DNA from: an uncultured Nitrospiraceae bacterium | GTDB taxonomy: Bacteria; Nitrospirota; Thermodesulfovibrionia; Thermodesulfovibrionales; UBA6898 | Assembly: GCA_963811165.1 (NCBI GenBank) | Contig: CAWEQH010000004.1 | Coordinates: 736,001-800,000, forward strand | DNA: 64,000 bases | Direction of reading: 5' to 3' | Part shown: positions 1 through 8,294 of the stretch, in pieces | How the letters are laid out: each line of letters opens with the position of its first letter | Numbering within the stretch: position 1 is the stretch's first letter | The notes under the pieces: model-generated | Seen by the model: the letters and a program-made list of their open reading frames with translations, nothing else | The model's database searches: none | Told to the model about the DNA's origin: nothing | Program-made: the position numbers and the translations under genes

Positions 1-2
1 TT

Positions 3-248
3 ATTTCATACTGTCATCACGAGAGGTGGGACGGGTGCGGATATCCCCAAGGCCTCAAGGGCGTCGAGATCCCGCTTCCTGCGAGACTTTTCACCGTTGT
101 CGACCAATGGGACGCGCTCAGTTCGGAACGGCCTTACCGCAAGGCGTGGCCGAAGGAGAAGGTCATATCCTACCTGAGGGACAACTCAGGGAAATGTTTC
201 GATCCCCGGATAGTCGAGGCGTTTCTGCGAATCGTGGGAGAGAGATAG
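3..248 (+). CDS. 3' end of HD-GYP domain protein (partial, runs in from the left edge)
   Basis: My translation of frame 3 (not in the ORF track): ...HHERWDGCGYPQGLKGVEIPLPARLFTVVDQWDALSSERPYRKAW...FDPRIVEAFLRIVGER*, with TAG at 246-248. Confidence 0.9.
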   Translation: MSYCHHERWDGCGYPQGLKGVEIPLPARLFTVVDQWDALSSERPYRKAWPKEKVISYLRDNSGKCFDPRIVEAFLRIVGER

Positions 249-502
249 TTCAGGAGACTATCCGACCGTCTTTCCTGGCTATCCCGCTTACTTTGTCTCC
301 CGCTTTCCCTTTGACTGCAACAACGCAAATTTCCCACACGACCAATAACTCATCTCAAAAATTCTCAAATAACAGATGGGCAAAGCCCGGCCAGACTTAG
401 ACTACAAAGGGGGGTCTTGCTGTTTCCCCTGATCGGCAAGCGATATCCTAATTTAGGAAGATTTGAAGGCTGCATGACCATTATTTCCCTTATAATACTA
501 GC

Positions 503-517
503 TGGAACGATTTTTGC
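503..517 (+). promoter_or_regulatory. putative sigma-54 promoter (-24/-12)
   Basis: TGGAAC-GATTT-TTGC (GG-N10-GC) about 65 bp upstream of ATG 584. Confidence 0.6.
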
Positions 518-583
518 GAGATAGTTATACGGAGAAACTACCCCTTCTTGTGGGGTAAATCAAAAACGCAGGAGGACGCATCG

Positions 584-1309
584 ATGAAAAAGATATTACT
601 CATAGTGGCAGCACTCGCCATGGTAATGGGCATTGCGGGTGAGGGCATGGCAGGTGTTAATGTGAACGTCGGAATAGATCTGCCCCCTCTGCAATTCAGA
701 ACTGCACCCGATGTAGTGGTTGTCCCGAGCGGGGACGCAGATATCTACATGGTGCCGGGTACGCCCGGACTCTATTTCTACGGCGGATACTGGTATCGCG
801 TTAATGAAGATCGCTGGTTCAGGTCCCGTGCGTATAACGGCAGATGGGTATATGTGAGGCCTGAGATAGTCCCCGGGGTCGTTGTAGATATATCGCCGGA
901 ATACTCTCTTTACCTGCCGCCGGACTATATGCGGATCAGATTTGGCGATTTCAGAAGGCACTGGAGATCCTGGGACCGCGACAGGCACTGGAACAGGTAT
1001 GATTGGTATAGGAACGAAAGAAGGGAAGACATCAGGCGCGAGAGGATGTCACATATGGAAAGGGAACGCGGGGCGGGCGGGATGCGCCATGATAGATTGC
1101 GTCATGAAGACCGCCGTCCGGAAATGGGGCATGATAGAGTGCGTCGCGAAGACCGCCGTCCCGAGATGAACCGCGACAGGAGACTCCAGGCGCAACCCAG
1201 GGAACAGGAAAGGGAACGCAGGAAGCCTGAGCCGGACAGGAACCGCAATGATAGAGGGGGTTCCAAGGACTATAATAAGATGATTCATCCGGATAAGGGA
1301 GACAGATAG
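584..1309 (+). CDS. exported hypothetical protein; Trp/Tyr-rich beta region and Arg/Asp/Glu-rich low-complexity tail
   Basis: AGGAGG RBS before ATG 584, signal peptide MKKILLIVAALAMV..., followed by a terminator. Confidence 0.8.
   Translation: MKKILLIVAALAMVMGIAGEGMAGVNVNVGIDLPPLQFRTAPDVVVVPSGDADIYMVPGTPGLYFYGGYWYRVNEDRWFRSRAYNGRWVYVRPEIVPGVVVDISPEYSLYLPPDYMRIRFGDFRRHWRSWDRDRHWNRYDWYRNERREDIRRERMSHMERERGAGGMRHDRLRHEDRRPEMGHDRVRREDRRPEMNRDRRLQAQPREQERERRKPEPDRNRNDRGGSKDYNKMIHPDKGDR
1082..1168 (+). repeat. 42-bp (14-aa) tandem repeat, about 2 copies, in the coding tail
   Basis: CATGATAGA at 1088 and 1130; MRHDRLRHEDRRPE / MGHDRVRREDRRPE. Confidence 0.85.
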
Positions 1310-1332
1310 CAAGTAGCTGTAAAGGGATGCGG

Positions 1333-1366
1333 AAAAGGCGGGGGTCAACCACCCCCGCCTTTTTTT
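1333..1366. terminator. bidirectional intrinsic terminator
   Basis: AAAAGGCGGGGGT-caacc-ACCCCCGCCTTTTTTT between convergent genes. Confidence 0.85.
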
Positions 1367-1371
1367 GATCG

Positions 1372-1860
1372 TTACTTTAGAGGCTCCTTAGATAACACAA
1401 TGTCATCGATCCACACGGTGCCCTTGCCATTGATGATGAGGTTCAGGGTCACCTTATCCGACCTCTGCCCTTTTTGGAAAAAAAACGGGGTCTGGATTAC
1501 CTTCCAATCGGTCTTTTGGCTTACGACGTCATTCATACCACGCGAGAAGTACTGACCACCCCCGACATGGACCCACATTTCCAAGTAGGCTGTGCCGTCG
1601 AGATTGCTCTTTACTTTGGCCTTATAGACTAACTTTGAGTTCTCTACATTCAGGCCGGCGACTTCGCCCATGCAGATTGTGGTTGGCCATTTGGTTGTGA
1701 TCTTGATCGAGCCTTTGCCTTCTGCTTTTACTTGGGTGTCAGTCTGGATGGTCGTACCGATGGTTGTCGCGTCATCCAAAGTCAGCTTCTTCAGATCTTC
1801 GCAATACGCTGCGTTAGCAACGAGTGCCAGCATGGCCAAAACAGACAAGATTATTTTCAT
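1372..1860 (-). CDS. exported hypothetical protein, carbohydrate-binding/jelly-roll-like (terminal integron cassette)
   Basis: AGGAGG RBS, signal peptide, C-terminal GTVWIDDIVL motif; starts just after an attC-like site. Confidence 0.75.
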   Translation of the reverse strand: MKIILSVLAMLALVANAAYCEDLKKLTLDDATTIGTTIQTDTQVKAEGKGSIKITTKWPTTICMGEVAGLNVENSKLVYKAKVKSNLDGTAYLEMWVHVGGGQYFSRGMNDVVSQKTDWKVIQTPFFFQKGQRSDKVTLNLIINGKGTVWIDDIVLSKEPLK

Positions 1861-1877
1861 GTTGCCTCCTTTATTGT

Positions 1878-1921
1878 GCAGAACGCGGCTGTCACGCGTC
1901 CGGTGCAGCGACAAGTTAAGC
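1878..1921 (-). mobile_element. short or hybrid attC-like site
   Basis: Minus strand GCTTAAC-ttgtc-GCTGCAC-cggacgc-GTGACA-gccgc-GTTCTGC. Confidence 0.55.
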
Positions 1922-1943
1922 GCCCCCGCGCGACGTGGCGCAG

Positions 1944-2000
1944 TCCTAACGGATAAGGCTCAACGACGCCGTAACCGTTCAATATAGCCGAGGGTTAGAC
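1944..2000 (-). mobile_element. degenerate attC site
   Basis: Minus strand GTCTAAC (contains the TAA stop of the flavin reductase gene) ... GTTAGGA; inner arms pair poorly. Confidence 0.55.
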
Positions 2001-2537
2001 ACCATTTGGAATTTTGGATGCCATCAATTTTTTTCGGGATAGTTTGCGCCCATCTACGATAAATGTACCGTCACCGACGGCGTGAACAGTTCGCTTCTCT
2101 TTGCGCGAGGTGTCAAAGTATGCCGCCACGGCTTCGAGAACGACTATGTTGTGTCTTTTGACGATGTCGACGACCTTACACTCGATATTAGCCAGGCATT
2201 CTTTTATCAATGGCGCTTTGACTTTTTTACCTTTCACGGGAGTCAGCTTGAATTTGGCAAATTTGTCCGTATCGGCACCGGAGCATGTTCCTATTCCAAC
2301 TACTTTATCAAGCATGTCAACTGTAGGAATTGAAATAACACACTCCTTTGTTTTCCGAAGAGCAGCGAAGGAATAATTCCACTCTCCAGTGGTTATGGCA
2401 AAGACCGGCGTGAAATCCAAAACCATTGTCCACGAGATCGTCATGATGTTGTCCTTCTTTCCGTCATTCGTTGTAACAAGGACAACAGGCCCCGATTCCA
2501 TCAATGTAAAGGCTTTACTAATTTTCAATTTATTCAT
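1995..2537 (-). CDS. flavin reductase family protein (DIM6/NTAB-like), integron cassette
   Basis: PVVLVTT...NIMTISW...GTCSG...DKF...APLIKECLANIECKV motifs; flanked by attC sites. Confidence 0.9.
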   Translation of the reverse strand: MNKLKISKAFTLMESGPVVLVTTNDGKKDNIMTISWTMVLDFTPVFAITTGEWNYSFAALRKTKECVISIPTVDMLDKVVGIGTCSGADTDKFAKFKLTPVKGKKVKAPLIKECLANIECKVVDIVKRHNIVVLEAVAAYFDTSRKEKRTVHAVGDGTFIVDGRKLSRKKLMASKIPNGV

Positions 2538-2563
2538 GCGAGCACCACCTTATATGCCTTCTC

Positions 2564-2623
2564 GCCTAACGCGCCGGTCACGCGCCGTCCTTTGGCGCGT
2601 CGCTGTGGACCGGCAGGTTGGTA
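2564..2623 (-). mobile_element. attC site (60 bp)
   Basis: Minus strand TACCAAC-ctgcc-GGTCCAC...GTGACC-ggcgc-GTTAGGC; L arms pair with one extrahelical base; central GCGCC/GGCGC stem. Confidence 0.85.
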
Positions 2624-2675
2624 ACCACAGCATCTTAGTCATCATTAAAAAATGACCGCCGAATGCCAAGGACAG

Positions 2676-3368
2676 TCACAGGCCGACTACTTCTGCATTT
2701 TGATCAGCAATTTCTAGTTGTGTTGCAAATTGCGGCAATATCCGTTTCAGATCAACCAGAGTAACAGAAGACTTTTTGAAGTTGTAGTACTCGCAGACTT
2801 TATCAAACCTGTTACCATATCTATTTTCAAATTCTTTCGACAACTTATTGTTTCTGCTTAGCACACTTGAAAGAGCCCTTCCACCTTGAAAAAATTTCAG
2901 CGGGTGCTGCGTGCCTATCACATAGAGATACTTCTCTTTTTTTGTCTCATATTCGGCCATCATATAAAAGTCCTTAAAAAGCGAATTCTGGCGTATTGAT
3001 TCGGGACCACCCTTCCACGTAATGAATTTAAATTCTGCTATCCGTCTGTCTGTCTCCAAATCAAAAGCCCGCCCCGTATTACCGGCACCAAGTGATAATG
3101 ATTCAACTACCTCTCCGTCTTGCAGTATGTGCGGTAGCGACAAAAGAATTCCGACTGCGTGAATTAGAACATTGACTTGTCCGGCAGCTTGCTTCATAAA
3201 CAGGGCAGCCTCCAGCAAAGGGCTCTGAATATCGCCAGATGAAAAGAATGATATGCAATCATTCCGATTTTTGAGGTGAAAACTTGCTTCAAGATCAGAT
3301 ATACGCGTTGCGAGCGAACCTTGTTCAAAGTTCTGAATTAAAGTAGCTGCTTCAATTAATGAAGTCAC
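2676..3368 (-). CDS. hypothetical protein with possible PD-(D/E)xK nuclease fold, integron cassette
   Basis: AT-rich ORF between two attC sites; FDLETDRRIAEFK motif; GTG 3368 preceded by GAGG is the likelier start (ORF track gives TTG 3383). Confidence 0.7.
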   Translation of the reverse strand: MTSLIEAATLIQNFEQGSLATRISDLEASFHLKNRNDCISFFSSGDIQSPLLEAALFMKQAAGQVNVLIHAVGILLSLPHILQDGEVVESLSLGAGNTGRAFDLETDRRIAEFKFITWKGGPESIRQNSLFKDFYMMAEYETKKEKYLYVIGTQHPLKFFQGGRALSSVLSRNNKLSKEFENRYGNRFDKVCEYYNFKKSSVTLVDLKRILPQFATQLEIADQNAEVVGL

Positions 3369-3384
3369 TTGGCACCTCTTCAAA

Positions 3385-3462
3385 AACCAACGTTTTGGCT
3401 AACCGGCGCGCGAAAGGAGGCGAAGCCGACTGAAGCGCGTCCGGTTGAGCCGCGTGTTAGGC
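3385..3462 (-). mobile_element. attC site (78 bp)
   Basis: Minus strand GCCTAAC-acgcg-GCTCAACCGGACGCGC...GCGCGCCGGTTAGC-caaaac-GTTGGTT. Confidence 0.9.
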
Positions 3463-3490
3463 CCGACCGTGTTAGATGTCGGGCCTGAGC

Positions 3491-3835
3491 TTACTCTTGC
3501 CTGACTATATCGACCGAGATCTCCACCGCCGGAATCGTTCCTCTGTTCTCAAGCCAGTGTGTGGTGTTCCTATCCTCGGGCCAGCCCACTCCCGGCCCAT
3601 AGTCCGTAGCGACTCCATTTCGATGGTCAGTGATCGTTCCTTGCAGTATGTAGACGGTGCCTGGTCTGTCTTTATGGTCGTGAATCGGGCCGAAGACGCC
3701 TCCAGGCTCGATGGTCACCATACGCATTCGAAGTTGGCGCCCTGCCATGCCCTCGATCTCAGGGCCAAGGTCAACCGTTGCAAGTAACTTCACCGTAACA
3801 CCTTTCGTCTCAGGTGCCACCTGTTCGTTGCTCAT
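3491..3835 (-). CDS. cupin domain protein, first integron cassette
   Basis: TIEPGG...HDHKDRPGTVYILQG...THWLENRG cupin motifs; GAGGAG RBS. Confidence 0.9.
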   Translation of the reverse strand: MSNEQVAPETKGVTVKLLATVDLGPEIEGMAGRQLRMRMVTIEPGGVFGPIHDHKDRPGTVYILQGTITDHRNGVATDYGPGVGWPEDRNTTHWLENRGTIPAVEISVDIVRQE

Positions 3836-3859
3836 CGTGCTCTCCTCTCTGTACTTCCA

Positions 3860-3900
3860 GGGCCTAACTAGTTATTAGCCAGTTACAGGACTATAGCAGA
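3860..3900 (-). mobile_element. putative attI site
   Basis: Minus strand ...CTAATAACTAG/TTAGGCCC; the core is the exact complement of GGGCCTAAC ending the first cassette; lies between the first cassette and the divergent intI remnant. Confidence 0.65.
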
Positions 3901-4014
3901 AAGTTTCAGTCCGGTCGATAGCTATTGAAGGCAATGTTGACATATCGAAAGAATATAATTATACGTTTCAAATGACTAATACGCTATTTGCAATGTTAGT
4001 CATATTCAAATTCC

Positions 4015-4224
4015 ATTCAACCTATATCAAGTGATATTTTGACTCCATTCGAGTCCGTCCTGAAAAAAAAGGCAGTACCTGATTCCCGCCACGCGGATTA
4101 TATGCAACAACCGCATGGCATCCACGTGCTTCTCGGTCACAGCGATGTAAGGACAACGATGATCTATACCCATTGCGTTCCGAGCAGGACCGTAAAAGAG
4201 GCCAAGAGTCCTCTGGATTTCTGA
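4015..4224 (+). pseudogene. intI: integron integrase remnant (internal deletion)
   Basis: C-terminal LLGHSDVRTTMIYTH...SPLDF (tyrosine recombinase box II plus IntI tail) joined in frame to a short N-terminal stretch; far shorter than a functional IntI; divergent from the cassette array. Confidence 0.85.
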
Positions 4225-4501
4225 GAAGGCCTTTTTTTTGCGCAGGCTACCGCCGTTTATTGCAGCCCTCCACTGCTGCGGCAATATCGATTGACTGAAA
4301 ATCCCCTTTTCTTCTGAGACCCGCATTTCTGATAAGGCAAGCGTGAAAGAGGGAACAGGCCCCCGATCCGCTCAAATCATTGTAAAGCAGTGAGTAGTGA
4401 GAAGTAAATAGTCAAAAAAGATGTGAAAGGTGAATCGTGCATTGTAACAGGACAGACATACGACATAATGTCTTTTGATGGTATTATTTGTGTTCTTTTG
4501 T

Positions 4502-4697
4502 CCCCTTCGAAAATTTAGGTTTGCGACCGAGGCCGAAGGTGAAAGATTTTAGGCTGTCTGAACCCGCAGCGGGTGAGTTCCTAAAATCTACTGAGGCTGA
4601 ACGAGCAGACCGTGAATAATTTTCGTCGGGGCGGATTCTTTACGTTAGCTTGCTTGGGCGAGCAAGAAAGGTAACTGGGGTGCGGGGCAACGCCCCG
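4502..4697 (+). repeat. structured ~200-nt repeat element, copy 1
   Basis: CCCCTTCGAAAATT...AATTTTCGTCGGGG closing stem, nested stems, then GTTA...TAAC hairpin and GGGGTGCGGGGCAACGCCCCG. Confidence 0.8.
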
Positions 4698-4794
4698 TCT
4701 CTTTATCTTTTATTTGGAAATTTAAAATAAAGTCTAAATCAACAGATGCGGAGCTTCTTTCTTACCAGCAGGCGACACTCCGCACCCGGGAAAA

Positions 4795-4994
4795 GGGGCT
4801 CCGCCCCTTATACCCCGGGCGCTTTTCATTAATGCGAATGAAAAGTGCCCAAAAGCACGCACCCCACGGAAAATCCTTTTCGCTTTGCTCGGTCGGTCCG
4901 GCTAAATTTTAGAAACTCGCCCCGAAGCGGGACTCAGACAGTCTAAAATTTCTTACGCCGGCCCTCGGTCGCAAATCGGGATTTTCCAAAGGGG
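4795..4994 (-). repeat. structured ~200-nt repeat element, copy 2 (inverted)
   Basis: Minus strand CCCCTTTGGAAAATCC...GGATTTTCCGTGGGG, same CTGTCTGA/GAGTT loop, ends GGGGTATAAGGGGCGGAGCCCC. Confidence 0.75.
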
Positions 4995-5044
4995 CCCCCT
5001 TTGAAACAAACACATTTATAAACCGTGGCTGCATTTCAGTAGTT

Positions 5045-5247
5045 CCCCTTCGAAAATTTAGGCGAGCACGGTTGCCCGGAGGGTTAAGCATTTTCCCATG
5101 TTCGAGCACCGATGTTAGGGGCGAGTTGGAAAATGTACCGAGGACAACCGGCGCAGCCGTTAAGAATTTTCGTTGGGGTGCACTTCTTTCGGTTACATTT
5201 CTTGGAGCAAGCAAGAAAGGTAACTGGGGTTCGGGGCAAAGCCCCGG
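5045..5247 (+). repeat. structured ~200-nt repeat element, copy 3
   Basis: CCCCTTCGAAAATTTAGG...AATTTTCGTTGGGG, AGCAAGAAAGGTAACTGGGGT shared with copy 1, ends CGGGGCAAAGCCCCGG. Confidence 0.8.
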
Positions 5248-5253
5248 TGAAAA

Positions 5254-6297
5254 CTACAACTTGATACCCGGCCAGGTTTCAATCGGCTCCGTCGACCTTA
5301 CGACATGCATCCCGGCGTCTGCAAATCTCCGAAATGCCGCGTCGGCCAAATCCGTATAGTCCATAACGCCTGGAACAACAACGGGCGACGTGCAGTCTTC
5401 GAGGAGGTAGACTTTTTCTACCAGCTTCCTGTCCCGGGCCAGAATATCTTCGAGCAGGTCGGCGATGGTCCAGGCGACGCAGTGGCTCTTGGCCTGCCCG
5501 GCGATGACGACGGCATCGAATTCAAGGAGCTTCTTAAAGAACTTCTCGCTCTTTAGGCCGAGTTCCTCACCTTTTGGCCCTTCGCGCACCTCCGGCCCGA
5601 GTACGGAATAATGCTCGGTAAAGGGCCGGTCGCCCTTGACATGAAAGTCAGGCTGACTGTACCGCGCCACGCTTTGGAAAAAAATCGCCTCTTCAACGGA
5701 TGCAACCAGTGCATGCCCGATGCCGCCCAACATGCCGTGGTAAGGCCATATGGTGAGATCGTATTTTCCCCCCTGTCTGAGCTTCCTTGTGTAGTGTAAA
5801 AGGAGCTGCTGGCCCTGCTCCTGGTCGACCGGGAAAATGAAGCAAAGGTCAGGGTTGAATTTCCAGACACCCCTTGCCACGTCCTCCTCCGTTACCAGGG
5901 TAAACGGTGCGGGAGGTTCCCCTTTATCATCGACGAGAAAGATAGGATGGAATATCTGCATGGTGTTATGGGTGTCCATTGTGGGGCAGATCTGGGTTAT
6001 CGCGCCGAGGTTGCGGTAAATGAATTCGCACAGTCTCTTGTTGTCGTCGACCGCACCCGTGCCCGAGCGCCCGGCAACGTAGAGTTCGAAGCCGGGGATG
6101 CAAAAAGAATTTTGCACGTCGACCGCAACGAGACATATTTTGAACCCATCGTCGCAGGCGGGTCTTATCCGCCGCAGCCTCGCCCACTCTCTTGCCTCCC
6201 GGTCTCTTTCGAGATAGGGTACCCTCCACGTCTTATCGACATTGGCTTTATCGAAGTGGGGTGGGAGGGGCAGGGGGGAATACGCTTCCTTCGGCAT
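5254..6297 (-). CDS. isochorismatase/nicotinamidase-like cysteine hydrolase
   Basis: [32 protein letters not shown] motifs. Confidence 0.85.
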   Translation of the reverse strand: MPKEAYSPLPLPPHFDKANVDKTWRVPYLERDREAREWARLRRIRPACDDGFKICLVAVDVQNSFCIPGFELYVAGRSGTGAVDDNKRLCEFIYRNLGAITQICPTMDTHNTMQIFHPIFLVDDKGEPPAPFTLVTEEDVARGVWKFNPDLCFIFPVDQEQGQQLLLHYTRKLRQGGKYDLTIWPYHGMLGGIGHALVASVEEAIFFQSVARYSQPDFHVKGDRPFTEHYSVLGPEVREGPKGEELGLKSEKFFKKLLEFDAVVIAGQAKSHCVAWTIADLLEDILARDRKLVEKVYLLEDCTSPVVVPGVMDYTDLADAAFRRFADAGMHVVRSTEPIETWPGIKL

Positions 6298-6345
6298 GAC
6301 GGTCTCCTTTTATCGGCCTTACTTACAGTATAGCCTTTTCCCCGA

Positions 6346-6834
6346 TTATTGCTTTTTGAATTTTTTTCTTAGGGCCGTCTCGACAGGGGCGGGCACAAGC
6401 TCCTTCACGGGTCCGCCCAGGGACACGATCTCTTTGACTATGGTGGCGGTAAGGTAAGAATACTCCAAACTCGGCATCATGAAGACCGTCTCGATGCGCG
6501 GGTTCATCTGTCTGTTCATGAGGGCCATCTGGAGTTCATACTCGAAGTCGGAGACTGCCCTCAGGCCCCTGATGATGATCATCCCTTTCTTGCTCTTTAC
6601 ATAGTCGACGAGCAGCCCGTCAAATGGCTCTATCATGACCCTCTTATTATTCTTCAGGGATTTCTTTATAAGAGTAACGCGCTCGGAAAGGCTGAACAGC
6701 GGTACCTTCTTGAGGCTGGGCGCTATGGCCACGATGACCTCGTCGAACGCCATGAGGCTTCTGTTGACGAGATCCAGGTGGCCGTTTGTAAAAGGGTCAA
6801 AAGTCCCGGGATAGATTGCGATCCTCTTATTCAT
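6346..6834 (-). CDS. coaD: pantetheine-phosphate adenylyltransferase
   Basis: YPGTFDPFTNGHLD, IRGLRAVSDFEYELQMALMN. Confidence 0.97.
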   Translation of the reverse strand: MNKRIAIYPGTFDPFTNGHLDLVNRSLMAFDEVIVAIAPSLKKVPLFSLSERVTLIKKSLKNNKRVMIEPFDGLLVDYVKSKKGMIIIRGLRAVSDFEYELQMALMNRQMNPRIETVFMMPSLEYSYLTATIVKEIVSLGGPVKELVPAPVETALRKKFKKQ

Positions 6835-7403
6835 GGTTCCTTCCTGTAAAGGGTCAACATAGTGTCTCCGTATTTATAGTTTTTGACGGGCCTTAAGGCC
6901 TTGCATGGTACGGTCATGATTTTTTTCGAGGGGTGCTCGACGACCAGACAGCCGCCGGGTTTCAATATGTCTGCATCGTCGATGAGCGGGAGGACCTTTT
7001 CCAGTTCATCCGACCTGTAGGGAGGGTCCGCAAATATAATATCGAAGGCCATCTCGGTGACCTGCGTTTTTTTGAGGAAACGGTCGGCGGCCTCGCTGAA
7101 AACCTCCGCCATCGCCTCGAGCCCCATTTTGCTTATATATTGGGATATCTCTTTCGTGGCCGCCCGGTCGTGCTCGACAAAACATACCCTCGATACGCCG
7201 CGTGACAGCGCCTCGAACCCGACAGTCCCTGTCCCGGCATAAAGGTCGAGAAACGAAGAACCCCGGATGTCGTTTCGCAGGATATCAAATAGCGCCTCCC
7301 GCACTTTCGAAGACGTCGGCCTCAAGTCGTCCTTCTCACTTTTGCCCGGCGCCTTCTTGACCTCGATCTTTCTGCCCTTCAATTGTCCGGCTGAAATTCT
7401 CAA
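6831..7403 (-). CDS. rsmD: 16S rRNA m2G966 methyltransferase
   Basis: RPTSSKVREALF, LDLYAGTG, FADPPY; adjacent to coaD. Confidence 0.95.
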   Translation of the reverse strand: MRISAGQLKGRKIEVKKAPGKSEKDDLRPTSSKVREALFDILRNDIRGSSFLDLYAGTGTVGFEALSRGVSRVCFVEHDRAATKEISQYISKMGLEAMAEVFSEAADRFLKKTQVTEMAFDIIFADPPYRSDELEKVLPLIDDADILKPGGCLVVEHPSKKIMTVPCKALRPVKNYKYGDTMLTLYRKEP

Positions 7404-7525
7404 TATGGCTCCTTTTAAAGCGATCAGCGTTCGGCCATCAGCCAGAAAAAATGCGCAACTCCCTGCGGCCGCTGTGTCAATATATTACTACAGCACAGAT
7501 GAGGCTGCAAGGACAAAGGCAACAG

Positions 7526-7871
7526 AAGTTCCCCCAATTTTTTTGTCTGTCATTTCCGTTTCTACGAGTCGTAGACCTGCACGGAAAATAATTCTTCTCA
7601 AATGATCAAGTTTCAGTACAAATCGGCCCACTCGATTTTCTGCCATTCTTCGGGACCTTTGACTGTCATGCCGGACCTGATCCGGCATCCAGCGACTGAT
7701 AGGACAACGTCACTGGATACCGGCTTTCGCCGGTATGACGGCTATCATTACATTTTCCATGCACAAAGTTCCCCCAATTTTTCAAAAACCAACTTCGACC
7801 ACTTTATCAATTCAGTTTCTCTTTATCCATTAAAGATTTGTCCCTGACAAATCTCTATTTCTGGGGGAACT
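7526..7871. repeat. MITE/IS-end-like remnant
   Basis: AAGTTCCCCCAATTTTT at 7526 and 7766 (direct) and inverted TGGGGGAACT at 7862-7871. Confidence 0.45.
7665..7739. repeat. REP-like palindromic element
   Basis: GTCATGCCGGACCTGATCCGGCATCCAG...CTGGATACCGGCTTTCGCCGGTATGAC nested hairpins. Confidence 0.75.
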
Positions 7872-7895
7872 CCTGCAAAGACAAAAGGAAAAGAC

Positions 7896-8216
7896 TTATT
7901 GTTTCGGTTTGAGAGTGACTGTTCCCGTGGCGGGATCGTAGTCATATTTTGTGAGGTCAATTGGGCCGCCGATCAGATTTTCAATATCCTGCAAGCTCTT
8001 AGGAAAGCCTTCGTTTGCCGCCCGGTAGGCGCTTATCGCCTTCTTTATTGCATCGAGGTTTGCCTGTTCCGCCGCGTTTTGGGCGCCTTGATAGGACTTG
8101 ATAAGGCTGTCTCCGTATTGAGAGACGGGATTTTCCGGCTTCTCCTTGCACGCGGACAAGAAAAGGATACAAAGACTGCAGCAGGAAAGCACCAGTACTG
8201 TTACTGTTTTCGACAT
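7896..8216 (-). CDS. small lipoprotein, hypothetical
   Basis: Hydrophobic N-terminus with LSAC lipobox; helical AISAYRAANEGFPKSL segment. Confidence 0.7.
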   Translation of the reverse strand: MSKTVTVLVLSCCSLCILFLSACKEKPENPVSQYGDSLIKSYQGAQNAAEQANLDAIKKAISAYRAANEGFPKSLQDIENLIGGPIDLTKYDYDPATGTVTLKPKQ

Positions 8217-8294
8217 CTCCTTAGTCTATGCAATAGGCCGATCCCTGTCAAATATCCGCGCCTCTTTTGTCAGGTTTAGGGTAAAATAGGGACT

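Noticed and set aside
26..400. 124-aa ORF from the track
   Set aside because: Alternative frame overlapping the real HD-GYP C-terminus in frame 3 (ends 248).
370..460. GGGCAAAGCCC hairpin as a possible c-di-GMP-I riboswitch
   Set aside because: The GAAA-capped second stem and the rest of the consensus are missing.
4027..4326. 99-aa minus-strand ORF
   Set aside because: Antisense shadow of the intI remnant.
4502..5247. Repeats as a CRISPR array or as further attC sites
   Set aside because: Units are ~200 nt, diverged and in both orientations, with no cas genes and no RYYYAAC...GTTRRRY boundaries.
4909..5359. ORFs 4909-5214 and 5072-5359
   Set aside because: They lie across the structured repeats, have TTG starts without an RBS and show no protein motifs.
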